Shown: piece by piece, positions 16,048 through 24,239 of the stretch
Layout: each line of letters opens with the position of its first letter
Numbering within the stretch: the stretch's first letter is position 1
Source: a virus
IMG/VR virus record: IMGVR_UViG_3300045988_062919
Strand: one strand, 5' to 3'
Length of the DNA stretch: 44,175 bases
Notes under the pieces: generated by a model
The model's database searches: none
Seen by the model: only the letters and a program-made list of their open reading frames with translations
Told to the model about the DNA's origin: nothing
Position numbers and translations under genes: made by a program

Positions 16048-16146
16048 AGTAGTGGAAAATCAGGTTTTGCGTGTAACTTCCTCTTAGCATACGCATATAT
16101 AGCAAAAGTTTACGGAAAAATCGAAAATCAACTACTTTAACTACTT
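16038..16146. repeat. Nested-palindrome element, copy B. It overlaps the last codons and the stop codon of the serine recombinase gene.
   Basis: AAGTAGTTAAAGTAGT ... AACTACTTTAACTACTT, with inner arms TTTTGCGTGTAACTT / AAGTTTACGGAAAA. Confidence 0.85.
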
Positions 16147-16163
16147 GATGGGAGGGAAACGCC

Positions 16164-16739
16164 ATGGGGCGATACGATAATTTTCACAACACTAAGAATA
16201 TTGAAAAGGCGCAGAAAAAGCTCGATAAGCTCTTGAGCAAGCGAAAGCCCGACCAGTATCAAATTGATCTGGCAAGGGAAGCTCTCGACAATGCGAAATT
16301 GTTTGAAAGCTGTCAGATTTTTAAGAGCTTCAACGGTCGTGCGCCGAATGAGAACATTATGTTCAGTGACGATAACCGAGTGATATGGTTCATCAAGTAT
16401 CTCATTCCCTATGACGAAATCACTTCGTATTCCATCGTGGAGAATGTGGTACAAAAAGCTCAAACCCAGACCAAGAGCAAAGGCGTTATCTCACGAGCTA
16501 TCATCGGAGGAGCGATTGCAGGCGGGGTTGGTGCGGTCGTTGGGGCGGCTTCTGCGGGGTCACAGTCTCAAACAACCTACTACACCGAGGGCGAAGGATT
16601 CTTCTTGCAAATTTTCACCAAGGGCGGAGACCGATATAGCTGTCATATCGAAAGTGACGGTTTTATTTCAAACAAAGTACACCCGAAATGGCTTGAGCTT
16701 GGAACGAAGTTGCAATCCATCATTGACGGGAAGGTGTAA
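16164..16739 (+). CDS. Hypothetical protein with a central glycine-zipper segment (moron-like position between the recombinase and terL)
   Basis: GGGAGGG RBS. Sequence IIGGAIAGGVGAVVGAASAG. Confidence 0.6.
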   Translation: MGRYDNFHNTKNIEKAQKKLDKLLSKRKPDQYQIDLAREALDNAKLFESCQIFKSFNGRAPNENIMFSDDNRVIWFIKYLIPYDEITSYSIVENVVQKAQTQTKSKGVISRAIIGGAIAGGVGAVVGAASAGSQSQTTYYTEGEGFFLQIFTKGGDRYSCHIESDGFISNKVHPKWLELGTKLQSIIDGKV

Positions 16740-16752
16740 AATTGATTTAGAA

Positions 16753-16807
16753 TGGCGCATGATTGCGAGAGCGTAATGCTCAAACGGTCATGCGTCATTT
16801 TTCTTTT
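16753..16807 (+). promoter_or_regulatory. Terminator-like leader RNA motif, copy 1 (immediately upstream of terL)
   Basis: GGCGCATGA...TCATGCGTC stem with one G-U pair, an inner hairpin GAGC-GTAAT-GCTC, and a T-run ending at the terL RBS. Confidence 0.55.
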
Positions 16808-16816
16808 GGAGGTATT

Positions 16817-18457
16817 ATGCGAAAGTTACTTGAGACAATTTTTGAAAAAATCAAAAAGAGCCATGAGTACCAGTCCATGGAAGACCTGTACTACATGAGC
16901 AAGGAAGCCATGAAAACCGACAGCGACCTTGGCGTAGAATTTTTGAAGCTACTGTCAGCAGAATGTGAGAAAACCATGCGCAATACCGCCATATCCGGGG
17001 AGCAGGTGCGGCTGGTTTATGATTTGCACAAGCGTGTATGCCTGACCGCCGCTCCTTACGATTTTGACAGCTACCTCCTCTATGTGGAGTGGAACCGAGA
17101 CCCGGAGAAAAAGTTCTACCCTCCCCGCAGGAAGGTGCTGAAACGGGTGGTAGACGCTCTGCAAGAGCTGGCAGACGATAAACTGGATTTGTTGGCGGTC
17201 TCTCTTCCACCGGGCGCAGGAAAAACCACTCTGGCTATCTTCTACCTCACATGGCTCGGCGGGAAAATTCCCAATGACCCTATCCTGACCGGCTCGCACT
17301 CCAACAGCTTTGTCCGAGGGGTATACGATGAATGTCTGCGCATATTTGACCGCAACGGAGACTATCTGTGGCACGATGTTTTCCCCGACATCAAGGTGTC
17401 CAACACCAACGCAAAAGACTGCCGCATTGACCTTGACAAGAGACAGCGTTTTGAGACCTTGGAGTTCACCTCTATCGGAACTGGCAATGCTGGTCTGTAT
17501 CGTGCGGCTACTCTGCTCTACTGTGATGACTTGGTATCTGGTATTGAAGTTGCTCTGTCCAAGGAGCGATTGGACAAGCTGTGGGAGACCTACACCACTG
17601 ACTTGAGACAGCGTAAAATCGGAGATCACTGTAAAGAACTTCACATTGCAACCCGTTGGTCTGTCCACGATGTCATTGGTCGGCTTGAGCGGGAGTATAT
17701 CGACAGTGACCGGGCAAAATTCATTGTGATTCCCGCTCTTGATGAAAACGATGAATCCAATTTTGACTATGCTTATGGCGTGGGGTTCAACACAAGATTT
17801 TATCACGAGCAGAGGAACATCATGGACGATGTGAGCTGGCGAGCACTGTATATGAACGAGCCGATTGAGCGTGAGGGCTTGGTTTATGCACAAGACGAGC
17901 TTCGCCGCTACTTCGAGTTGCCGAAGGAAGACCCTGACGCAATCATTGGTATCTGCGACACCAAGGACAAAGGAGCGGACTACGCTTTCCTGCCGGTGGC
18001 GTATGTGTATGGGCAGGATTATTATATTGACGATTGCGTGTGCGACAATGGGCTACCCAATATCGTGGACGCTCGGCTGACGGAAATCCTTATGCGGGAC
18101 AAGGTGAAATCCTGCCGGTTCGAGTCTAATTCCGCTGGGCGGCGGGTCGCTGAGAAAATACAGGAGGAAGTAAAGAAAAAAGGCGGTATCACGCACATCA
18201 CCACCAAGTTCACCACTGCTAACAAGGAAACGAAAATCATCGTAAACAGCGCATGGGTCAAGGAACACTGCCTGTTCAAAGACGCTTCTCTCTACCAGCG
18301 GAAGTCAGACTACGGCAAGATGATGGATATGCTCTGCTCTTACACAATGGCTGGTAAGAATAAGCACGATGATGTTCCCGATGGCATGGCAATGCTGGCT
18401 GAATATGCCCAAAGCCTGAGCGGACAAAAGGTGGAAGTTTTCAAACGACCTTGGTAA
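16817..18457 (+). CDS. terL: Terminase large subunit
   Basis: Walker A LPPGAGKTT, Walker B LLYCDD, nuclease-domain-like C-terminus. GGAGG RBS. Confidence 0.85.
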   Translation: MRKLLETIFEKIKKSHEYQSMEDLYYMSKEAMKTDSDLGVEFLKLLSAECEKTMRNTAISGEQVRLVYDLHKRVCLTAAPYDFDSYLLYVEWNRDPEKKFYPPRRKVLKRVVDALQELADDKLDLLAVSLPPGAGKTTLAIFYLTWLGGKIPNDPILTGSHSNSFVRGVYDECLRIFDRNGDYLWHDVFPDIKVSNTNAKDCRIDLDKRQRFETLEFTSIGTGNAGLYRAATLLYCDDLVSGIEVALSKERLDKLWETYTTDLRQRKIGDHCKELHIATRWSVHDVIGRLEREYIDSDRAKFIVIPALDENDESNFDYAYGVGFNTRFYHEQRNIMDDVSWRALYMNEPIEREGLVYAQDELRRYFELPKEDPDAIIGICDTKDKGADYAFLPVAYVYGQDYYIDDCVCDNGLPNIVDARLTEILMRDKVKSCRFESNSAGRRVAEKIQEEVKKKGGITHITTKFTTANKETKIIVNSAWVKEHCLFKDASLYQRKSDYGKMMDMLCSYTMAGKNKHDDVPDGMAMLAEYAQSLSGQKVEVFKRPW

Positions 18458-18511
18458 TTCACAATTCCCACCGAGTTTTCAACAAATAATTCTCGAAACA
18501 AGAATCATAAC

Positions 18512-18540
18512 TTGACTTTCGGGAATTAAAATGCTATAAT
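18512..18540 (+). promoter_or_regulatory. Near-consensus sigma-70 promoter (TTGACT, 17 nt spacer, TATAAT) between terL and portal
   Basis: Read directly: TTGACT at 18512..18517 and TATAAT at 18535..18540. Confidence 0.6.
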
Positions 18541-18566
18541 ATATGCGAAAAGTTATAGTTTGAGTT

Positions 18567-18625
18567 TGGCGCATGATTGCGAGTATGGCGAAAGCCCTAC
18601 GAACAGTCATGCGTCTTTTTATTTT
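18567..18625 (+). promoter_or_regulatory. Terminator-like leader RNA motif, copy 2 (immediately upstream of portal)
   Basis: Same GGCGCATGATTGCGAG...GTCATGCGTC+T-run as copy 1. The inner hairpin here is GGC-GAAA-GCC. Confidence 0.55.
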
Positions 18626-18646
18626 AGAGGAAAGGAGGGAGCAATC

Positions 18647-20107
18647 TTGGGAAATGTGATCGACACCTCAAAGCCGGTGAGCAAAACCCGGCAAATGAGC
18701 GGCAGACGGGTTATCAAGTCCAGCGTGAAGGAGATTACCAACGAGAATGTGGTTACGGTTTTGCAGAAAGCCCTCAACGACCACGCTCTCAACCGCAGTG
18801 AGATTGATTACTTGTGGAAGTACTACAAGGGCGAGCAACCCATTCAGAATCGGACGAAAGAAGTCCGTCCCGAAATCTGCAACAGGATTGTGGAGAACCG
18901 GGCGAACGAGATTGTTTCCTTCAAGGTCGGTTATCTCTGCGGAGAACCCATCCAGTATATCGGCAGAAGCACTGAGGAAAGCGTCACCTCTGGTATTACG
19001 GCTCTGAATGAGCTGATGTTTGCCGAGGACAAAGCCACGCAAGACCAAGAGATTGTGGAATGGCAGATGATTTGCGGAACCGCTTTTCGCTTGGTGTTGC
19101 CCGATGAATCGGATGATGAAGACGAGTCCCCGTTTGAAATGTACACGCTCGACCCCCGTGACACCTTCGTTGTGTATTCCAATGAAATCGGAAACAAGCC
19201 GCTGATGGCGGTAAAGTACAGCAAAGACGAGGACGAGGTAACGCACTATTCCGTTTACACCGAGAACTACTACTGGCTGATTGATGGGGACATCATCAAT
19301 CGGGAGGAGTCCAAGGCTCATGCTCTGGACATGATTCCGATTTTTGAGTACCCGGCAAACAACGCTCGGCTTGGCTCTTTTGAGATTGTCCTTCCTCTTC
19401 TGGACGCAATCAACAACACTGAGTCTAACCGTATGGATGGCGTGGAGCAGTTCATTCAAGCGTTCTGGAAATTCATCGGTTGCCACATCGAGAAAGAGAA
19501 ATTCAAAGAATTTCTTGCGGAGGGTGCAATTCTCGTACCGCCTAACGACAATGGCGGCAACATTGATGTTGACCTCGTTGTGAAGGAACTGAATCAGGGG
19601 CAGACGCAGACGCTCAAAGACGATCTGTACAACGCTGTCCTCACCATCTGCGGTATGCCCAACAGAAACGGCGGCAGTTCTACTTCCGACACCGGGGCGG
19701 CGGTGCTCCTGCGTGATGGCTGGTCGCTTGCGGAAGCGAGGGCAAAAGACAGCGAGCATATGTTCAAAAAAGCCGAAAAGAAAATGCTCAAGCTGGTTCT
19801 CCGTATCTGCCGAGACCTGTCTGACATCAATCTCCGCTTGAAGGACATCGAATTGCAGTTTACCAGACGCAATTATGAGAACATTCAGAGCAAGTCTCAG
19901 GTGTTGGTGGCCATGCTACAGCAGTCGAAGATTCACCCTCTGTTGGCGTTCCAGCACAGCGGCCTATTCGTAGACCCGGAAAGGGCGTACACCATGAGCA
20001 TGGAGTATTACGAGGAACAGCAGGAAAAGCTGGCGCAACAGCAGATGGCGGCGCAGAACAACCCGAACAATCCGAAAAACCCGGACAGTTCGGACGAAGA
20101 CGAATAA
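18647..20107 (+). CDS. Portal protein (SPP1 gp6-like)
   Basis: TTG start 8 nt after GGAGG. Size and position after terL. LWKYYKGEQPI and a conserved central region. Confidence 0.8.
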   Translation: MGNVIDTSKPVSKTRQMSGRRVIKSSVKEITNENVVTVLQKALNDHALNRSEIDYLWKYYKGEQPIQNRTKEVRPEICNRIVENRANEIVSFKVGYLCGEPIQYIGRSTEESVTSGITALNELMFAEDKATQDQEIVEWQMICGTAFRLVLPDESDDEDESPFEMYTLDPRDTFVVYSNEIGNKPLMAVKYSKDEDEVTHYSVYTENYYWLIDGDIINREESKAHALDMIPIFEYPANNARLGSFEIVLPLLDAINNTESNRMDGVEQFIQAFWKFIGCHIEKEKFKEFLAEGAILVPPNDNGGNIDVDLVVKELNQGQTQTLKDDLYNAVLTICGMPNRNGGSSTSDTGAAVLLRDGWSLAEARAKDSEHMFKKAEKKMLKLVLRICRDLSDINLRLKDIELQFTRRNYENIQSKSQVLVAMLQQSKIHPLLAFQHSGLFVDPERAYTMSMEYYEEQQEKLAQQQMAAQNNPNNPKNPDSSDEDE

Positions 20108-20227
20108 TTAAAGCGATTTTCGCTTGGTTATGGTGAGGGAACACCTTAAAACGCAACAGGGAGACAACCCTTCAAACAGAAAACTGTGTAGAGTGAACTA
20201 CCTATGAAACGCAAGGAGGAAATCAGT

Positions 20228-20803
20228 ATGAACCTTAAAGAAGTGCTTGGGGACGCTTACAAAGAGGGTATGGCCTTTGAAGAGGTCGAAGCCGCTTTGG
20301 AAAAGGTAACTGTCCCGGAAGACCATTCCGCTGAAATTGAAAGGCTGAAAAATGCCCTCTCCAAGAGCAACAGCGAAGCCGCTGGGTATAAGAAACAGCT
20401 CCGGGAGAAAATGACCGAGGACGAGCAGAAAAAGCAGAAGGAACAGGAGGAGCGAGAGGAACTTCAAAGCAAGTACGACAAGCTCCTGCGTGAGTCTGTT
20501 ATCGCCAAGAACAAAGCGAAGCTGGTTGCTCTCGGTTACGAAGAAGCCCTTGCAGATGAAACCGCCGAAGCTATGGCAGACGGCAAAATCGAAAAGGTCT
20601 TTGCCAATCAGAAGAAGCACCTTGAAGCCTTTGAGAAAAAGGTTCGTGCTGAAGCTCTGAAAAACACCCCTAAGCCTACCCCCGATGGGGACGGCAAAAC
20701 CATGACGCTTAAGACTCTCCGTGAAATGTCTCCTGCCGACAGACTCAAGTTCTCGCAGGAACACCCGGAGGAATACAAAGAACTTTATACAGGAGGTAAC
20801 TAA
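20228..20803 (+). CDS. Scaffolding protein
   Basis: Highly charged coiled coil (EQKKQKEQEEREELQ), located between portal and capsid. Confidence 0.7.
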   Translation: MNLKEVLGDAYKEGMAFEEVEAALEKVTVPEDHSAEIERLKNALSKSNSEAAGYKKQLREKMTEDEQKKQKEQEEREELQSKYDKLLRESVIAKNKAKLVALGYEEALADETAEAMADGKIEKVFANQKKHLEAFEKKVRAEALKNTPKPTPDGDGKTMTLKTLREMSPADRLKFSQEHPEEYKELYTGGN

Positions 20804-20805
20804 TC

Positions 20806-21738
20806 ATGGGACATAAGATTTACGATAACTTTTATCTGTCGAATGAGATTGAAGACCAGTTCAATTCTCACCTCGACCTCCAGCAGTTCTGCACGGTGGA
20901 TAACTCCCTCGTGGGTACGGCTGGTATGACCCGCAAAATCAACCGTTACAGCGCAACCAGCGCAACTCAGAAGCTGGCTATGGGTGAGGGCAACACTCAG
21001 AGCGTTGAGGTCACTTACTCTCCCTTTGAGTACAAAATCCTCATGGCTCAGAACCGCTTCGAGTATTATGACGAGCAGGAAATGACCGACCCCATGCTGG
21101 TGCCTGTCGGCGTTCGTCACATGGGTACGGATATGTTCAACACCGTCAATGCGGACATTTTTGCCGAGTTCAACAAGGCTACGCAGGTCGTTGTTGTCTC
21201 CGCCCTCGGCTTTGACGCTTTCGCTGACGCACAGGCTATGTTCAACCTTGAGAACATTGAGGGCGTGAGCTTCTTCGCTTTCGTGTCCCCCAGCGATGTA
21301 ACCGCTCTGCGTAAGGCACTGGGTCAGAGCTTGCAGTATGTTGAGTCTTTCGCCCGTAGCGGCTATGTCGGTACTGTGGCGGGTGTCAACATCTACACCA
21401 AGAAAGACGCTGTTTCCGGCACTATCTGTGTGGCTACGAAACAGGCTGTCACTCTGTTCAACAAAAAGGGTGTCGAGGTTGAGACCCCGCCCCGTGACGC
21501 TGGTGACGCTAACATTCGTAAGAACACCATTCTCAGTCGCAAGTATTATCTTCCCGCTCTGACGGACGCTCGTTACGCCGTCAAGATTGTCAAGGGTACT
21601 GCGGCGGCAAGCACCGATGCCACGGTTACGGCGAGTAAGACCTACTACGCCAAGAGCGGTCTTGGCTATGTGGCGGTTGTTCCCGCAGAGGGTGATAGTC
21701 CGAACACCAAGGGTTGGTACGAAATCACTGCGGCGTAA
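20806..21738 (+). CDS. Major capsid protein
   Basis: Position after the scaffold gene, about 310 aa, strong RBS. Confidence 0.75.
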   Translation: MGHKIYDNFYLSNEIEDQFNSHLDLQQFCTVDNSLVGTAGMTRKINRYSATSATQKLAMGEGNTQSVEVTYSPFEYKILMAQNRFEYYDEQEMTDPMLVPVGVRHMGTDMFNTVNADIFAEFNKATQVVVVSALGFDAFADAQAMFNLENIEGVSFFAFVSPSDVTALRKALGQSLQYVESFARSGYVGTVAGVNIYTKKDAVSGTICVATKQAVTLFNKKGVEVETPPRDAGDANIRKNTILSRKYYLPALTDARYAVKIVKGTAAASTDATVTASKTYYAKSGLGYVAVVPAEGDSPNTKGWYEITAA

Positions 21739-21755
21739 GTTAGGAGGTGGACAAC

Positions 21756-22091
21756 ATGACTGATACTGAAAAACTGACGGCTCTGAAAGCTATGGTCGGT
21801 GATTCTGACACGGACGAAGTGTTATCCACCTACCTTAAATTGTCCGGCAGTAAGATTCTCGCAAAAGCGTACCCGTATGACGATACCGTGACAGAAGTTC
21901 CCATCAAGTACGAGTACCTGCAAATCGAAATCGCCGCCTATATGCTCAACAAGCGAGGTGCAGAGGGTCAGACCTCTCATACCGAAAATGGTATTACAAG
22001 ACAGTACGAAAGTGCTGATGTCCCCGCTTCTATGCTCAAGACGATTACTCCCCATGTGGGTACTTTCTCCTCAAAGGAGGAAAACCCATGA
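21756..22091 (+). CDS. Head-tail connector (gp6-like head-tail adaptor)
   Basis: Position and size. Sequence LTALKAMVGDSDTDEVLSTYLKLSGSKIL. Confidence 0.6.
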   Translation: MTDTEKLTALKAMVGDSDTDEVLSTYLKLSGSKILAKAYPYDDTVTEVPIKYEYLQIEIAAYMLNKRGAEGQTSHTENGITRQYESADVPASMLKTITPHVGTFSSKEENP

Positions 22092-22492
22092 GGTGTATGC
22101 AGAGAAATAAGGTTGTTTTCTACTACGCTTTGTTTTCGGAGCGTGTTTCCATCGTTGACGAGTACGGAAATGATACGGGTGAGTACGATGTGCGACACGG
22201 AAACCCCATTAAGAGTTCTGCCAATATCTCGGCGGCAAAAGGCGAAACGCAGACTCGACAATTTGGTGAGAATGTGTCCTACGACAAAGTAATCGCTATG
22301 GACAATGACTCACCTCCCATTGACGAATACTCGATTTTATGGATTGACATAATGCCGGAACTCAATGCAGACGGCTCTTTGGCGGTCGATAGTGAGGGCA
22401 AGGTTAAAACCCCTCATGATTACATCGTCAAGAAAGTCGCAAGGAGTTTGAACAGCGTGTCATACGCAGTAAGCAAGGTGAATGTTACATGA
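22088..22492 (+). CDS. Head-tail joining / head closure protein (putative)
   Basis: Synteny only. Confidence 0.45.
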   Translation: MRCMQRNKVVFYYALFSERVSIVDEYGNDTGEYDVRHGNPIKSSANISAAKGETQTRQFGENVSYDKVIAMDNDSPPIDEYSILWIDIMPELNADGSLAVDSEGKVKTPHDYIVKKVARSLNSVSYAVSKVNVT

Positions 22493-22501
22493 GGGTAAAG
22501 C

Positions 22502-23041
22502 ATGGGCAGGAAAGTTATTTCATTTGGCTTATCGGAGCAGGATATAGACCGTGCCATAAAAGAACTGGCACAGTACAAAGAGGGGTTTAAGCGCAAGTGC
22601 GAGGAGCTTCTAAGACGGGTAGCCGAAAGGTTAGCCGAGGAAGCGCAGAGCGGCTTTAATAGGGCAATCGTTGACGATTTGACCGAGAAAAGCGGCAATC
22701 CCCGCAAAGCAAGCGTCAATGTTCGGGCAGAGAACCGTGGAGATTACTTCGCTGTTGTCGCTGACGGAACGGACGCTGTGTGGGTTGAGTTCGGTGCGGG
22801 TGTTTATCACAACGGCTCGGCTGGCTCGTCCCCAAACCCTTTCGCTACTACTACGGGCGTTCCCAATCCCCCGATAGCCATAGGTACTTTCGGTAGGAAC
22901 GGTAGAAAACAGGCATGGGGTTTTTATGAGGACGGAGAGTTGAAAATCACTCATGGTACTCCTGCGGCAATGCCGATGTACAATGCCGTTCAGACCGTAA
23001 GCCGAGAGGTCGTACAGATTGCAGGGGAGGTGTTCGCATGA
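22502..23041 (+). CDS. HK97 gp10-like neck/tail-completion protein
   Basis: Synteny, plus the VWVEFGAGV motif region. Confidence 0.5.
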   Translation: MGRKVISFGLSEQDIDRAIKELAQYKEGFKRKCEELLRRVAERLAEEAQSGFNRAIVDDLTEKSGNPRKASVNVRAENRGDYFAVVADGTDAVWVEFGAGVYHNGSAGSSPNPFATTTGVPNPPIAIGTFGRNGRKQAWGFYEDGELKITHGTPAAMPMYNAVQTVSREVVQIAGEVFA

Positions 23042-23442
23042 TTGACGCAGAACAGGAAATTTTCTCAGAGATTTCCGCAAAGGTACGGGCGAAATACCCG
23101 AAAATCTTTATAACTGGCGAATATGTCAGCGCACCATCTTCTTTTCCTTGCATATCTCTCGTGGAGATAGACAATGCCACATTCCGAAACTCTCAGACGC
23201 AGAGTGGGCAGGAAAACCATGCCGCAGTCATGTATGAGCTGAACGTCTACTCCAACCGCACTAAAGGGAGAAAGGCTGAGTGTAAAGAAATCACCGGATT
23301 TATTGATGAAATTCTGATGGGTCTGAATTTCACCAGAACCATGCTTGAGCCTGTTCCCAACCAAGACAATGCGACCATCTATCGTATGCTCGGACGATAC
23401 CGAGCTGTGATTTCTAAAGAAAAGACAATTTACAGGAGGTAA
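23038..23442 (+). CDS. Tail terminator / tail completion protein (putative)
   Basis: Synteny immediately upstream of the major tail protein. Confidence 0.45.
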   Translation: MIDAEQEIFSEISAKVRAKYPKIFITGEYVSAPSSFPCISLVEIDNATFRNSQTQSGQENHAAVMYELNVYSNRTKGRKAECKEITGFIDEILMGLNFTRTMLEPVPNQDNATIYRMLGRYRAVISKEKTIYRR

Positions 23443-23448
23443 TGAATC

Positions 23449-23880
23449 ATGGCGATTTCTACTTACAAGATTTTCCTTATGAAGAAGTCCAGTAAGGGTG
23501 ATACTTACGAGAAATTGATTGACATTAAAGAATTTCCTGATCTCGGCGGCGCACCTGAAATGCTGGAAACCACTACCCTGTCTGACAATATGCAGACCTA
23601 TATTCCGGGTGTTCAGTCTCTCGACGCCCTTGAGTTCACGGCGAACTACACCAAAGTGGACTTTACCAAGCTGAAAGCTCTTGAAGGTCAGGAAATCGAC
23701 TTTGCCGTTTGGTTTGGCGGTACTGGCGAGGGTAACATTCTTACCCCCACCGGCTCTGACGGTAAATTTGAGTTCAAGGGTCAACTCTCCGTATTCCCGG
23801 TTGGCGGCGGTGTCAACGAAGTCGTGGACATGACTATCACTATTGCTCCGTCCACTCCCATCACTGCGGCTGGGGACTAA
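23449..23880 (+). CDS. Major tail protein
   Basis: Position before the chaperone pair and tape measure. Strong RBS. Confidence 0.7.
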   Translation: MAISTYKIFLMKKSSKGDTYEKLIDIKEFPDLGGAPEMLETTTLSDNMQTYIPGVQSLDALEFTANYTKVDFTKLKALEGQEIDFAVWFGGTGEGNILTPTGSDGKFEFKGQLSVFPVGGGVNEVVDMTITIAPSTPITAAGD

Positions 23881-23909
23881 TAACTAAGATTTAACAGGAG
23901 GACAGACAA

Positions 23910-24239
23910 ATGGCAAAACAGTTGCATTTCACCTATGACGGTAAGGATTACACGCTGGAATTTACCCGCAGAACGGTTGCGGAAATGGAGAAGAAGGGCT
24001 TTATCGCTTCTGACATCACCGAGAAGCCTATGACTACTCTCCCTGCGCTGTTTGCAGGTGCGTTCCTTGCCCATCATCGTTTCGTCAAGAGCGACATCAT
24101 TGACAACATCTATTCCAAACTTACCAAGAAAGAAGACCTGATCGGCAAGCTCGCTGAAATGTATAACGAGCCGATTCTGACTCTGGTAGAGGAGCCAGAG
24201 GAAGCCGAGGGAAACTTGGACTGGACAGCGACTTGGTAA
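23910..24239 (+). CDS. Tail assembly chaperone (gpG-like)
   Basis: Located upstream of the tape measure. The overlapping -1 ORF is reached via a slippery site. Confidence 0.75.
   Translation: MAKQLHFTYDGKDYTLEFTRRTVAEMEKKGFIASDITEKPMTTLPALFAGAFLAHHRFVKSDIIDNIYSKLTKKEDLIGKLAEMYNEPILTLVEEPEEAEGNLDWTATW

Noticed and set aside
16723-16753. A promoter (TTGACG, 19 nt spacer, TAGAAT) upstream of leader motif copy 1
   Set aside because: The spacer is too long, and the predicted transcription start would fall inside the 5' arm of the conserved stem, which would destroy the structure. It is probably not functional.
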